A stretch of 64,000 nucleotides of DNA from Anthoceros angustus (taxonomy: Eukaryota; Plantae; Anthocerotophyta): the NCBI GenBank assembly GCA_010909165.1, contig MU008163.1:1240001-1304000 (forward strand). The letters are read 5' to 3'. The notes below the pieces were generated by a model, which worked only from the letters and a program-made list of their open reading frames with translations, had not been told where the DNA came from and did not search any database. This document shows positions 33,980-45,688 of the stretch, piece after piece (positions within the stretch are counted from its first letter, which is position 1; every line of letters begins with the position of its first letter). The position numbers were made by a program, and so were the translations under genes.

Positions 33980-34790
33980 CTACCCCATACGCTGATAAAA
34001 TGTCCACTTTCCACAAGACTGTCCCTCTGCACTGACAGGATCACCAAGGCTAGGCGTAGAAGAAGATGTGGCGACAATCTGTTGCTCTTCATGAATAGCA
34101 AAAAGGACCAAACAAACAAGGTGAAGGCTACAATTTCGAGAAACACTCAGCCTGCAATCGCACTCCGATAAGAGTAGTCCGTCATACACATTGCTGTGAG
34201 CATCCTCTAGACTGCCACACTTTGCATACATATCGACCAAACTGTTGGCTACAATCACATCAGCTCGATGCCCTTGTTACCTGATTTGTGTAATTTGTGT
34301 GTGAAGCTGCTGACGGATCTCCAAACCTAGGCCACTTGCACATGCATTCAGGAGGTAAACAAAATGTCATGGGATGGGGTTCTGGGATGGCCTCTTCTTA
34401 CATGGCACTATAGGGGCTGAAGGGCTTCCTCGGCCATGCCCTGCTGGGAGTACCCCGATTATCATGGCATTCCGCGTCACCTCATGCTTTTCCAAGCAGT
34501 TGGCTACAAACAAAGACATGGCCTTGAAGCCCTGGTTCTGTAGTCCGTGCATGAATCTGTTTTCCTGTCTTCAAAGCTGGGTTGCATACACCCATGTTGC
34601 GCATGCAAGAGGCACACAAACGTCACAGAATCGGGTGGCAGCAGCGATCTCTGCTCGCATATAGCAATGCCAATGGCAGGGCTTCTTGGCCCATGCCCTG
34701 CTGCGAATACCCTGCTATCATGGTAATTCCATGTCACCAAGCGTCCGTGTTGTGGCAAGTTGTTTCGTGAGAGCAGCAAGGGAAGCCTCA
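33980..34790 (-). pseudogene. PLS-class PPR gene remnants
   Basis: VIVANSLVDMYAKCGSLEDAH (34196-34258), LVTWN.. and PDSVTFVCLL.A motifs in broken frames. Confidence 0.75.
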
Positions 34791-35529
34791 TGATGATGCG
34801 ATTCGGGATCCTTCAGGAAGCGTTTGTGGCATCTATCATGGAGCTGTTTGAGCTGGAGAGGGATGTGGCTGATCACCAGAGTGCGGTTTGGTTCCTACAA
34901 GACTGGGCAAGAGAGCAGGGTGCAGGCCAGGACTTTGTGAGACCGTTACCCTGGAGCGAGTCATGCCATTTGCCGCCAGACACGTTCTAGGCGTGGTTGT
35001 CTTGATGCAGATTGTGGAGGCTGTGGCAGCAGCGGATGTTCCTTCTGCAGATCCCTCGATTGTCATGACGGCTGCCGTTGGGTAGCTGGTACATGTACAG
35101 GGCCACTCACATGAAAGGTGGCTGTTTCGCTTACTCTGAGAATCCGGATGCAGGCGGTTTCAAATGGCAGGCAAGGTGTGGAGGCACGCAATGTTCACAG
35201 GGTACCATCTCTTAGACACTGAAGCTTGCATGCATGCATATGAGATTCATCCGGTGGAACAGACTCTGATGTTGTGGATCCTGGAAAGGAAAACGAGCCT
35301 TTGCACCCATGCAGAACATGATTTACGTTAAAATCGCTCACAGTCAACGGCTGGAGCACTTTCATTCATGCTTAACGACGCGAGCGTCTTTGGTTATACA
35401 CCACTCGAACAAGACTCAAAAAGTGGGAGATGCGCAGGTGCTAGGAAAGAAGCAAAGACTACGATGTGACGAGATGCTTACAGCACATAAATTCCAGCTG
35501 GACTTAGCTTACTTCAATTCATCAAATGT

Positions 35530-35660
35530 TCCGATTCTTGTGGTGCTGCAGCTGTGGGAATCTGTAAGAAATGAGGCTGCTATTGTCCAAACTCGCTCTG
35601 ATCCAAAATCGCTCCTGTCCTAAATCGCTCCTGTCCAAGATCTCTCTTGTCCAAAAGTTG
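35530..35660. repeat. Remnant of the LRR-like segment with ~17-bp tandem repeats, 3' of the second F-box gene
   Basis: TTCTTGTG..GCTGC..GAAATGAGGCTGC..CTCTTGTCCAAA resembles 5163-5400 and 9000-9060. Confidence 0.5.
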
Positions 35661-35683
35661 TGCATACAAAATCTTGTTTCGAG

Positions 35684-36937
35684 CTAATCTTGCATCCAGC
35701 GGCCAAATTCCAACCAAGGATGGAGGCCGTAGTAGCTCTTTCTCACAAATTCCTTGCAGGGCAAGGAAGGAAGCCACCTCCAGCTTGGAGGCGTGTGTCG
35801 GAAATCGAGAGCCGCAATCTGGTCCACCTTGTCATGGGCGATGTATAGTTCGTCCAGTCCCGCCACAAGCTGCAAATGAGACAGGACTCTCCTCCGGAAC
35901 ATGCCTTTCCCCCGCAACATGCCTTTCCCCTGGAATCGAGTGAACATGTGGGAGGGCATGGCGTCCACCACGGTCCAGGCCATGCGCGCGAAGTCCATTT
36001 CTAAAATGGACAAACTCGACTCAATGCAGGCCGCGCAAAGCAGCCGGTCCCGCACGTTGATGAGGTTGGAGTACAAGGTGTCCAAGACCGTGGGCTTGGC
36101 TACGACCACGCAGCTCCAGCTGGCCCGCTCCAGGTCGTAGGCCAGCAGATTGCCGTTTGCGGTGAAGCAGTAGAGCACGGTACGCACAAACACTCCGTGC
36201 CCGACCAAGGGCGCGGGGGTAAACCAGAAGGGAAAGTCGCGGCACGAGGGCAAGCCCTTGGTCGTCACACTCCAGCTCCCAACCGCGGAGTCGAACACAA
36301 AAGTCGGGCATTCTTGCTCCAGATCGTTCACTCCCACCAGCTTGAAGCATTTGGCCACGGCGTCCACGAACACGCCCCGCACATGCCACAACCGCATGCC
36401 ACTCGGAAACGGCGGCAGAGAGGCCCAGGAGCGCGCCACCGGGTTGCCGATGTGCGCATACATCAGCCGCGCCGGATCCTCCGGATCAGGATCCCCCGCC
36501 CGCCGCGGTTGCAAACTACACACCAACATGCCGCCGCCCGACCATGCCGGGGCCAGCTCCAGAGTGGATACGGAGCGGGAGAGCATCGTTTTGCGGTCCG
36601 GTAGGGTTCGCAGCCATGGCGGGAGTTGGAGCTGGTACCAGCGGTCGGAGGCGGGGTCGTAGGCGTACGAGGCCATGGCCCTCCCCAACCCCGACTCGGA
36701 CGACGGGCAACGGCCTGCCACCACCAGCATCCAATCCTGCGCTCCCGCTCCCAATTCCACCCGCTCCTGCAACAAGCCCGACCACTCCACGTTCGCCTTC
36801 CACCCTCTGCACACCGCACTCGATCTAATCAGGCTCACCAGCGGCAGCCGAGCTTGAATCTTGGCTGCAACTTCGTCCGGCAGCTCGCCGTTCCTCCAAG
36901 GAGCGGAGACCTCCTCTTCCTTCGCAATCGCATCCAT
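35684..36937 (-). CDS. Intronless F-box protein (~417 aa), paralog of 6287-7543
   Basis: ATG at 36937 (MDAIAKEEEV..). LPDEVAAKIQARLPLVSLIRSSAVCRGW, YDPASDRWYQL, LLAYDLERASW. Confidence 0.9.
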   Translation of the reverse strand: MDAIAKEEEVSAPWRNGELPDEVAAKIQARLPLVSLIRSSAVCRGWKANVEWSGLLQERVELGAGAQDWMLVVAGRCPSSESGLGRAMASYAYDPASDRWYQLQLPPWLRTLPDRKTMLSRSVSTLELAPAWSGGGMLVCSLQPRRAGDPDPEDPARLMYAHIGNPVARSWASLPPFPSGMRLWHVRGVFVDAVAKCFKLVGVNDLEQECPTFVFDSAVGSWSVTTKGLPSCRDFPFWFTPAPLVGHGVFVRTVLYCFTANGNLLAYDLERASWSCVVVAKPTVLDTLYSNLINVRDRLLCAACIESSLSILEMDFARMAWTVVDAMPSHMFTRFQGKGMLRGKGMFRRRVLSHLQLVAGLDELYIAHDKVDQIAALDFRHTPPSWRWLPSLPCKEFVRKSYYGLHPWLEFGRWMQD

Positions 36938-37375
36938 CTCGGACCTTGCCCTGCCCTCACCTCGCACCGCTGCCAGATTGTATAAGGGCGCAGGCCCTGG
37001 CTGGAACGGGAGGACCTACTGTATCTTTTTATCAAGCCCGGAAGCGCAACCAGCTCTCATCGAGCCCGTCATAGGAGCCAAAACTGGAAATTAGGCCATT
37101 GTGTTGAATATTACCATGACTAATCAGTGCCCTAGAGTGTTGTGACACTTTACCGTTTTAACATTGATAAATACAGTGACACAGTAACTTTTAGGTAATA
37201 ACAACCGAAGACTGTTAAACCTCGAGGCTTAGTTCAAGAGCGTGCGGTAAAATGGTACGTTTTTCAGGTTTGTCTGCCCCGCCCTTCCGGCTCCCTACCC
37301 GTGACGGGTTCGGTTTGGATTCAAAACAAATTTAGAACTGCAATCGTTTTGTGATTGAAGAAAGGAGGGGGGCCG

Positions 37376-38249
37376 ATGTCTGTACTAGGGGCAGCAGTAG
37401 TGGACGAAGATGCCAGTGAGCTGAAGCTGGGCCCTGGTGAGTTATCCGGCATGTTCTCCCGCGGTTTCTTCAACGTGTTGGGGTCTTGTTTTCGCTAAGT
37501 TGTGGAGCTGGCTGCAGATTTTGACAGGGCTAAGTGTTTGATGAATGCCGAGGTCTCGCTTATCCTGCAGCGGAAGTACGAGCAGCTTCAGGCGCTCTCA
37601 GATGATCCCTCGTCGCAAGTGTCACAGTACGTACGGCCCTGGCTAGGGTTTTTCCGAGTAGCAGTTGTGGTGTTGGGAATTTTGGCAGTGTCTAACACCT
37701 GCACTGTGTTTTTTGGGCTGGGTGCCTCGCTAGGGTTTTTGAGAAGTCTTTGCAGTATGTCAAGCGCTTCAGCCGGTACCAGAACCCAGACGCTGTGAAG
37801 CAAGTCAGAGAGTATCCTGCCTTGTAGACGTATTTGACATTCTGCGTGGCTGGTTTGCGATAGTTGCATGGTCGTGCATCTTTCCTTAATAAGTTGGCAG
37901 AGTTCTTGTGAGAAACCAGCTCACCGAGTTCGAGGTAGGAGCCAAAACTGGGGCATCGTGTTGTCACACTCTGTTCATTGATATGCTTGATATGGAACAT
38001 TGCTGTTATCGACACTGTAGGTTGGAGTGATTGGAAACTTGTGTCCTGAAACAGTGGAGGAGGCCAAAGCGTTGGTGCCATCCATAGCAGTAAGTTCACC
38101 AGCCTCCTAGACCTGAGGATTGTGCCTGCCATGTTGTAGACCTTCAAGCAGTAATATGCGTTCCCTTTTTTCAGAAAAAAGGACGACTGGATGACAACCA
38201 AATCGAGGGGATGCTAAGTGACCTGGCGCGCATCAAAAAGTTTGAGTGA
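37376..38249 (+). CDS. NRPB4: DNA-directed RNA polymerase II subunit 4 (RPB4), 6 exons, 141 aa
   Basis: Exons 37376-37436, 37518-37626, 37734-37811, 37901-37934, 38021-38089 and 38175-38249 total 426 nt with GT-AG introns. Protein ..AKCLMNAEVSLIL..VSQVFEKSLQYVKRFSRYQNPDAVKQVRE..LTEFEVGVIGNLCPETVEEA..KKFE* closely matches plant RPB4. Confidence 0.96.
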
Positions 38250-38872
38250 CGAGGTTGAAGGCAAAGCCTCCCACCAGCAAGCATGGTAAATTGGGTAGAT
38301 AGGGTTGACTCCTTCGACCCTGGGGTTGGCATGAATATTTCTGTATTGACATGTGTTATTAAGTTTGATGAGAAATATGCCTCCTGGCATAGTTTTCTCG
38401 AACGGCGTGGTTTCCATGCCGCGGTATAATCCAGCCCTGTGGTTTTCTTGTTTGGTGGTCCATGTTGCGCTTTAGTCCACCAAACTCTGTGCTCATTTCT
38501 TGTTTAGGGAGGGAGTCTGTCAAGAACTTGACTACGGCTGTCACAAGTATGGTACATGGGTGGGTCGGGAAGATAGGGTAAATGAAGTTGTCTGTTGGCT
38601 ACCAAAAAGCAAGCCACGGGTGGGTCGGGAAGATAGCCATGTGCTTGGCTCATGGCCCATCGTCGGGAAGGTGGGCTTTGTTTTTTCAAGTAGAGGAACC
38701 AATCTGTCAAGAGGCATCAGAAGCTCCCTCTAGACTTGCAAGGTCAGGTCTCAGGAATGTCAAAACAGTCCAAAACCAATCTGTAAAGGAAAAGCTTATG
38801 CTTTGTTTGACATCGACAAGCTGCAAGCATACCTTGTGCGCCCTTGCTCCTCACACTCCAGGTGCACTCTCG

Positions 38873-39808
38873 TCAGTAGCAGATGTGATCTCCGACAACT
38901 ACGTTAGGCTTGGGCCGCAAGAGCACGGGGCATCGATTGATTACGGGAACGTGCACGTAGTCGGTGGTGTAGACGGACACACCATCGAACTTGGCATCGC
39001 TCTTCGGAAGACAGTCTCTCCTTATCGGGGCGCGCGTTGGAACGTTCCATTTCTGGAAGTCGTGGTGGTAGGTTGTCTCTGGATCAAACGGCCCTTTGCC
39101 AATAAAGACGTTGGCACCATAGATAACAGGCGTGGCTCGCTTAGCCAGGGCCTTGGGCCCGAAATCTGCCTGATGCGTGGTGACCCCGTAGAATGGGCCG
39201 GACGACGCCAGCTGGTGCACCGGGCCCTTTCTCACGGGCTTGATTCCCTTGGATTTGTCCGTGAAATCCACTTTGTAAGTGGTGTGATCGTCGAAGGCCC
39301 CTGAGAAGTATTCGTTGTTTTGAGGCCGCATCAACGCTCTGGCGCAGCCAGGGTGCTTGGGGAAGTCATTCCTGTAGGTGGTGGTGTCATCGAAGGGCGC
39401 AGTGTTGGGGTCTGGGCCTGGAGGCCTGCGAATAACCTTGGGAGGAAGGGCGTGTTTCTTGTACCGATCGATGTACTCAGAATTGGGATCCTTGTAGTGC
39501 TGGCCCATAGGCATATTATACTCCAGGCTGGGGCCCCCTTTGTTATAGGTTACCTTTTCCGGGAGTCTCTTCTTGTCGAAGTCTGAGACGTATGTCGTGG
39601 TTCCATCGAACTTGGCATCGTTCTTCAGATTCTCCTTAGGCCTGATCTTCTTGTGCTCCGGGAGAGGCCATTTGGGATACTTGTGGATGTACTCGGACAT
39701 AGTATCCTTGGCATAGTGAACCAAGGACGAAGTGTGCTTCACCGGGCAGTGGTGAAGGCCGCAAGTGCACAGGGTGCACATGCACATGCGGGATCCCGCC
39801 TGATCCAT
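38873..39808 (-). CDS. SAXO: SAXO/FAM154 (STOP domain) microtubule-stabilising axonemal protein, 311 aa, uninterrupted ORF
   Basis: N-terminal CMCTLCTCGLHHCP and repeated Mn-type motifs (KFDGTTTYVSDF, PFDDTTTYRNDF, AFDDHTTYKVDF, PFDPETTYHHDFQKW, KFDGVSVYTTDY). First ATG at 39808. Confidence 0.9.
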   Translation of the reverse strand: MDQAGSRMCMCTLCTCGLHHCPVKHTSSLVHYAKDTMSEYIHKYPKWPLPEHKKIRPKENLKNDAKFDGTTTYVSDFDKKRLPEKVTYNKGGPSLEYNMPMGQHYKDPNSEYIDRYKKHALPPKVIRRPPGPDPNTAPFDDTTTYRNDFPKHPGCARALMRPQNNEYFSGAFDDHTTYKVDFTDKSKGIKPVRKGPVHQLASSGPFYGVTTHQADFGPKALAKRATPVIYGANVFIGKGPFDPETTYHHDFQKWNVPTRAPIRRDCLPKSDAKFDGVSVYTTDYVHVPVINRCPVLLRPKPNVVVGDHICY

Positions 39809-40887
39809 GGCAGCGGACACGGCCTTTGTCAGTCAGTGCACACCTCGGGGCGATCCAGAACGAGATGATTGCAAAGGAAACGGGGGATGGAAAACCTACA
39901 TGCTTCGACGCCTCGCATTTCTGACTTGAATCAGGCATCCTGGAGGAGGAGCTGGAGGAGGAGAAACACGCGCTTTTCAGCAAAACCCTGGCAGTTGCAC
40001 GGCGCGCTGGCTGATGAATCTGTGTCCCTGATTATCATGAAAATTGGCCACCGGAAGAGGAGTTCGCGCTTTCTTCCGTCCTTGATGCGGTCCAGTCCAG
40101 CAGCCGAAGTATGAGATTGGTTAGGTCCTGGAGCCGAACATCCCTCTTCTTCGGCCGGGGGATTGCTCCGGGAAAGATGTATGCAGGTATTTCCACCTCC
40201 GACATGTGTTCAAATCGTTCCCAATGCGACACGGGCGCTCTGTCCTGCAAACAGAGCGCAAGAAATTTTCACCAAAGAAGCGCAAATCCGGCTTGCAGGA
40301 ACACTGCTAGCCTCAAATCACACGTAATCTGCACAGGAAGGGTGGAAGATATGCACGCGCACCGCTACAAGTGAGGAATCCGCTCTTCCTTAAGAAGCTG
40401 CGCGGCAGATACTCCCGGCACGCAAGCCTGAGGGTGAGGCGAAGGAGTGTGTCGAGCCATTGCGTACTTTGACGCTTCAGGTGAGCGCCACGAAAACCGA
40501 CCTCTCCGGTTGACCGAAGCCGGTTATCCGGTAACAGTCCAGTGATGGGTGATAAAAAATCCCGTTATTAGACAGAAGTGTCTCAACAATGTGGTGACCT
40601 ATATCCTACCAGCCGTCCAGACGAAGGTCCTCAAGCAGAATGGTAGCCCCTCAAGTTGGGTAGGGTGCTAGATATGCTGTGAGCACGAATGCACTGAGAA
40701 ACAAAAAGAAGTTGAAGGTCCAATCCACTACGACGGAGTTGCTTGTATGTATATCCACGAATTCTTATCCTCCTCTCCGTTGCTGTGCTTATTGGTCACC
40801 TTGAGCTCAACAAATGCAGACCTTGCACAAAGACCTGTATAGGACTACTTTACAATTGCCGGAAATAGAGAGTGCTGTTCAGACCAC

Positions 40888-43751
40888 CTATTTTGGAAGT
40901 AGTGGTTCTCGTTCTCGCTCTCGCATGACCAACTGATGACTAGCCTGCAGTTCAATCCAGTCAAACTGCTGTCAACTCTAGCACCAATACCAGATGCAAC
41001 GCACGAAGTTCTGAAAGCAAAAGAAACTCACATCTTCTGTTGCTCCGGCGGTCATGTTCACCAACGAAGTTGACGAGTCCTTCGACCTGAGCGAATAGGA
41101 AGGAACGCCAAGTCAAAGACAGAGCAAAACTGAAAACAACAGAACTGTGTGAAGGTGAAGGCCTATGTGGCATACTTCATCAAGGAGCCTGTCTGTGGCT
41201 CTGTTTCTCCGTCATGTTCACCCTTGCCTTTAGACAGACTTGAGAAGAACTGCAAAAGAAGGGGCGGCGATGAGATAAAGTCTTCACAATATCTGCATGA
41301 TAATTCGGCATTGGGCATCTTCTTACAGGACCATTACCTGGTGCATTGAGATGAAGACAATAGTGACACCTAAGACAAAGTTGATTGTCAAAGTATGCCC
41401 GAATAAAGCTGCAGATGCTAATCCCGTGAATATTGTTGCCACAGTCGAGGAGTACTTTTTCAAAATCGCATCTGCGCAAGAACGAATTCATCCATGATTT
41501 GTATAACTGGATCCAGAACAGGGCCTGAATGGGATAGGCTACAGCTCAGCGACAGGTATCTGTCCCAAATACTCCAGGGCCATCCATGGGCTTCTAGTGA
41601 TTGCTTGAAATCTCTGGCAGAACAAGACTGAGTTTGAATCTCAACAATCAGAGACGTGTACAATACCTGCATACTTGAAAAAGAAAGAGGACAGGACACC
41701 TTGAGCTCCGTTATTCACAATAAGCAGAAAAGTTGCCCTCGAATGCCCTTGAAGGATGTTGAAACCATCCCCTCCTGCAATGCAGAATACATGTGAGGAA
41801 ACCTTAGCCACAAATATTTCTCGAGTGCATGGAATGGAAACAATTTCCTCCAAACATTGTGTTTGTAATTGGCATATTGACCCTAACCATCGGCGCATGT
41901 GAAGAACTAACCATGGTAGATGGTTGTCATAATTAGAGCTAAGAAGTTGAAGAATGCTCCCCACATATATAAGAAGAGACTCTGCTCCCATCAACAACAA
42001 CATCCCACATATCTTGTGAAGCAATTTGTCAAGATACATCTCCAAGCACAAGGTTACTGATCTAATCAGGGCTGGAAATGTGTACCAAGATTAAAAAGTA
42101 CCTGCAGAAAGACACTTGTTTCAAACTGGCTCTTAAGCGCATACTCGTTAAAAACTGATGCTAGTGAAGGAACTGTGACCTGCCAAGAGATTTGAGGTCC
42201 AACAGAAAACAGTTCAGGAATGCTGAGTTGTCAATGATGCACATTGCCACAAGGAAAGTGACCCAAATGAAAGATTTGAGCACAACCTTTAAGTTCCTTA
42301 GAGATGCATCTGAGGAACAACTTACAAAGATCAAGGTGTAAACATAAGCAATAGATGCAACAGGGACTGCAAGAGTGGTTGTCCCGGTTGGAGTTGTATG
42401 AAGCTGATTGACACTGATTCCTATAAGCAACAACACCAGGGCTTCCCACTGTGATGAAAAACATGCCTTGCTCAGTAATAAATCATGCAGTTCATGACAA
42501 AGGACAGTTCCAGACAGATGCAGCTCTTTGCAGTTCAAAGAACCGGGTTGAGCAAAAAATTGGAAACCTGAGTAATGGTGAATCGTCGCTTCATCATCAA
42601 TTTCAGAAGGAGAGCAATCATCAAAACCTGCAAGGTTGACGATCGGGCATAAATCCTTGTATCCAAGTAGTGAAGCGGATAATGAAATATGGGACATGGC
42701 TCGAATGATGTTTTCACCTTCAGATTACTCAGCATTTTCACTGTTGCAGGATTGAAATATAGCTGCAGGATTCACAAAACCACAAACAATTTCCTCAGAA
42801 AATCCTTCACATCAACGCCATCTATGGCAATACACGGTCTTTCAGCACAAAAAAACGTAATGAGAAAGCCTGTTCCACCTACCTGCATAATAAATTTCAA
42901 GTAGTTGTTGACAGCGTATAAGCAGGCAGGAACAGCTAGCAGATAGTTGGCTCTTGCTGCCTGTGGAAGCCATGATATCAGCAGGGTGAAATGTAAGTTC
43001 AAGTAAGCACAAGCTCAAGCAAGAACAAGAACAAGGAGGCACCTGGATCACCACAGCTGGGTTTATCAAAGACTTCTCGCCAGGCCTCTGTTTCCGCACC
43101 TGCATAACAGCGCCCCAAGGCCCAGACAAGTCACAAACAAAGTTGGCGAGGACTAGTATTGCGAGAAGACTGTAAAATCCTAATCCTGAAATTGGAAAGA
43201 GGATCACAGAAAGCTGAATCAACACACGTTGTTGAATACATACCTGGAACAGTATCATGAGTATGGCGAAAAATATCTTCATCAGCTCTGTCAAAAAATT
43301 GACACTCACTGGGCTAAACAGGAACTTGCCGTCCACCTTTGACATGTAGACGAGAATTGGCTGCAAGTGACATGAACACGGATACGACAGTCAACTCATT
43401 AGCTGCCAGGCCTATCCAGGCAATGTTCAACAAGTTGCTGGTAAAAATGCCGCTTGTACTCTAGCTGGCAAACATCTGGGGAAAAGGACTGGACAGAAGG
43501 AGACGAAGTATTCCGGTAGGACTGTAGGCGTCAGTGAATTGAATCTAGTTTGCACGTCAGGCACAAACATAAGAAGCTCCACTGGTTCAGATCCGAACCT
43601 GAAGGCCAATAAGTACGCAGTCTCCAACCACCAGCAACACATTGAGAGCGCGAAACCGCTTTGCAGGATTGTTTTGGTGCGCATCATATGCCTTAGACAC
43701 CTGTCGCACTGTCTTCGACCCGCACACCTTGCATTCCACCGTCCCATTCAT
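40888..43751 (-). CDS. Nucleotide-sugar transporter, SLC35A/CMP-sialic acid transporter-like family (At2g43240/At3g59360-like), multi-exon
   Basis: [30 protein letters not shown]|[85 protein letters not shown], with GT-AG introns. Confidence 0.95.
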
Positions 43752-44817
43752 TTTCGTCCCTCTTCTCTGAGGAGTAGACCACAAAAGAGTTCCCGACGCT
43801 GGAGATCAAGAAACTAGCCTTGATATGAGAGCGCTAAGTCCCAAGCATAGCAGTGAATTCCCGGGATGCCCGCGAGTGACTATGTTCCAAACCCTGTTTC
43901 GATGAGCCGGTGTCCCGCATCAGATCTGTGATAATCTTCCCAATGATCAGCAAGTGAGACGCCCTTCCTGACAGCGGAATAACTCCACATGTTGCCCCGG
44001 AGTTTGAACCAGACGGCGCAGCATGGATGGACTAAAATCTAAGCACCTACCGAGATGAAAATCCAGCCAATCTAACCTCAAGCTCCAGTTCCAGCACCTT
44101 CTCAGGTCCAGCTACGCCTCCCCCGCGTCTAGGTTCTTGAACAAGACAAACTCATATATTCACCAAGCAGAAAAAGCACAATCACCTATTCAGCTGGCAA
44201 CGAACGGATTCAGACGACCTTGGCACATTGCCATCCCGCAACCTTCCCCAAACTCCTGCATGTGGCAATTCTAAGAACAAAGGCCACCTACCTAAGCGCC
44301 AAAAACATCCTAACACATCCCGCTGATCCCAGAATCCGAGGCCTGTCAGTTCAAGCGCTCCGCGAGCGCACGCTTGAGTAGATCGGCTAATTGCGCAATC
44401 CGGCAACACAGGCAGCAAGGGTCGACAGATCCGGCACCTCGGAGATCGAGAAATTGCCGCCCGGCGGGAAAGAAGACAATGGAGCCACCAGGGCAGCGAG
44501 CGAATCAAGGCCCGAGGGCAAGCTTGCGCGCGCACAGCAAGCGAGTTCAGCCGACCGAGACTGACCGACGTGAAGGCAGGCAGCAGCTGGACGGGTGTGT
44601 CTGCTGGCTGTCCCCGGCTCGGCCTCGGACTCGTCCATCATCGAGCATACACGTTGTCCTCGCCATGGTCCCGCGTTAAACGTTTTCTATTTAGCAGGGG
44701 TTTTTAACCACGAGACGTCTCAACGTCTTGGTTCTGCGGGCCTTCGGGACGCGGGTCCGGAGCCTGCGTTTGGGAACCACTGGCTGTTTCACCGCAAGTG
44801 TGAAACGGATCAAAAGC

Positions 44818-45285
44818 ATGGCCGCAATGGCGTCGACGGCGCGTCTGGCAAGCGTGCTGGCTCTGCCGGCGCGGGAAGGAAGGGGCAGAAGGAATGCGAG
44901 GCCAGTGCTTTTGCGCGCGGAAGTGCAGAAGTCGGAAGACCAGCAGGATCCGTTTACGCCAGGGAAGTTGTCGCCGCCTTCGGCTGAGAGGTTGAGATCA
45001 GCTGTGCCTCCAAGCGCGTTTAACCAGGGGAACAGAGTTTTGGATGCGTTCAAGAAGAGCCAGCGGGAAGGCGGGACTACCAAATTCGGGCAGCCGTTGG
45101 TGCCGTCCAACATCTTTGAGGAGCCTAAGCGGACGCCTGAGGAGATCCAGGCTGATGCTTTCAAGTTCACCGTTTCCAAGGAAGCGATTTTTCTTGTGGT
45201 CTCGTTTCTGAGCATTTCTCTGGTCATGTTTGGGACTGTGTTTCTTGTGTGGAAGCTGGGAGGGATACATTACGATGAATACTGA
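44818..45285 (+). CDS. Small single-exon protein with a transit-peptide-like N-terminus and a C-terminal transmembrane helix (probably plastid membrane)
   Basis: MAAMASTARLASVLALPAREGRGRRNARPVLLRAE.. (Ala/Ser/Arg-rich), ending AIFLVVSFLSISLVMFGTVFLVWKLGGIHYDEY*. Family not recognised. Confidence 0.7.
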   Translation: MAAMASTARLASVLALPAREGRGRRNARPVLLRAEVQKSEDQQDPFTPGKLSPPSAERLRSAVPPSAFNQGNRVLDAFKKSQREGGTTKFGQPLVPSNIFEEPKRTPEEIQADAFKFTVSKEAIFLVVSFLSISLVMFGTVFLVWKLGGIHYDEY

Positions 45286-45688
45286 AGACGTCAGGGACGC
45301 CTTGGCCGTCGTTTGTACATTATTCAATGTAGGAGATTGCTAGAAATGCTAGGCCGTCGCTCCTCAAGCTGGAAATCTGGTTTTTTCCTGTTGAGGTTCC
45401 AGTTCCTATGGAGGTTCCAGTGCCATCGGTTTTAGAACTCGTGGCCAGGGGATGTGTGTGTGTCGTCGTATTATCCTGGGCGGAAAACCCTGGCTACCGG
45501 ATATTGTGTCGTGAATGTGACGAGTAAAAGAACATGTTTAATGCCCACGGAGGCCACGTCTCTCGGATGAACGTGCCAAATGCTTGCCCAGCAAAGCAAA
45601 CACGGGTGCATTGAAATGGAGGACGAGTCTGCAGAGATAGTCTACATTATGACTTGAAATCTGGAGTCCATGGTACAAGCACTGGGAC

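Noticed and set aside
44182-44987. Several overlapping ORFs between the transporter and the small plastid-type gene
   Set aside because: This is a GC-rich promoter/5' UTR region, and the ORFs lack recognisable motifs.
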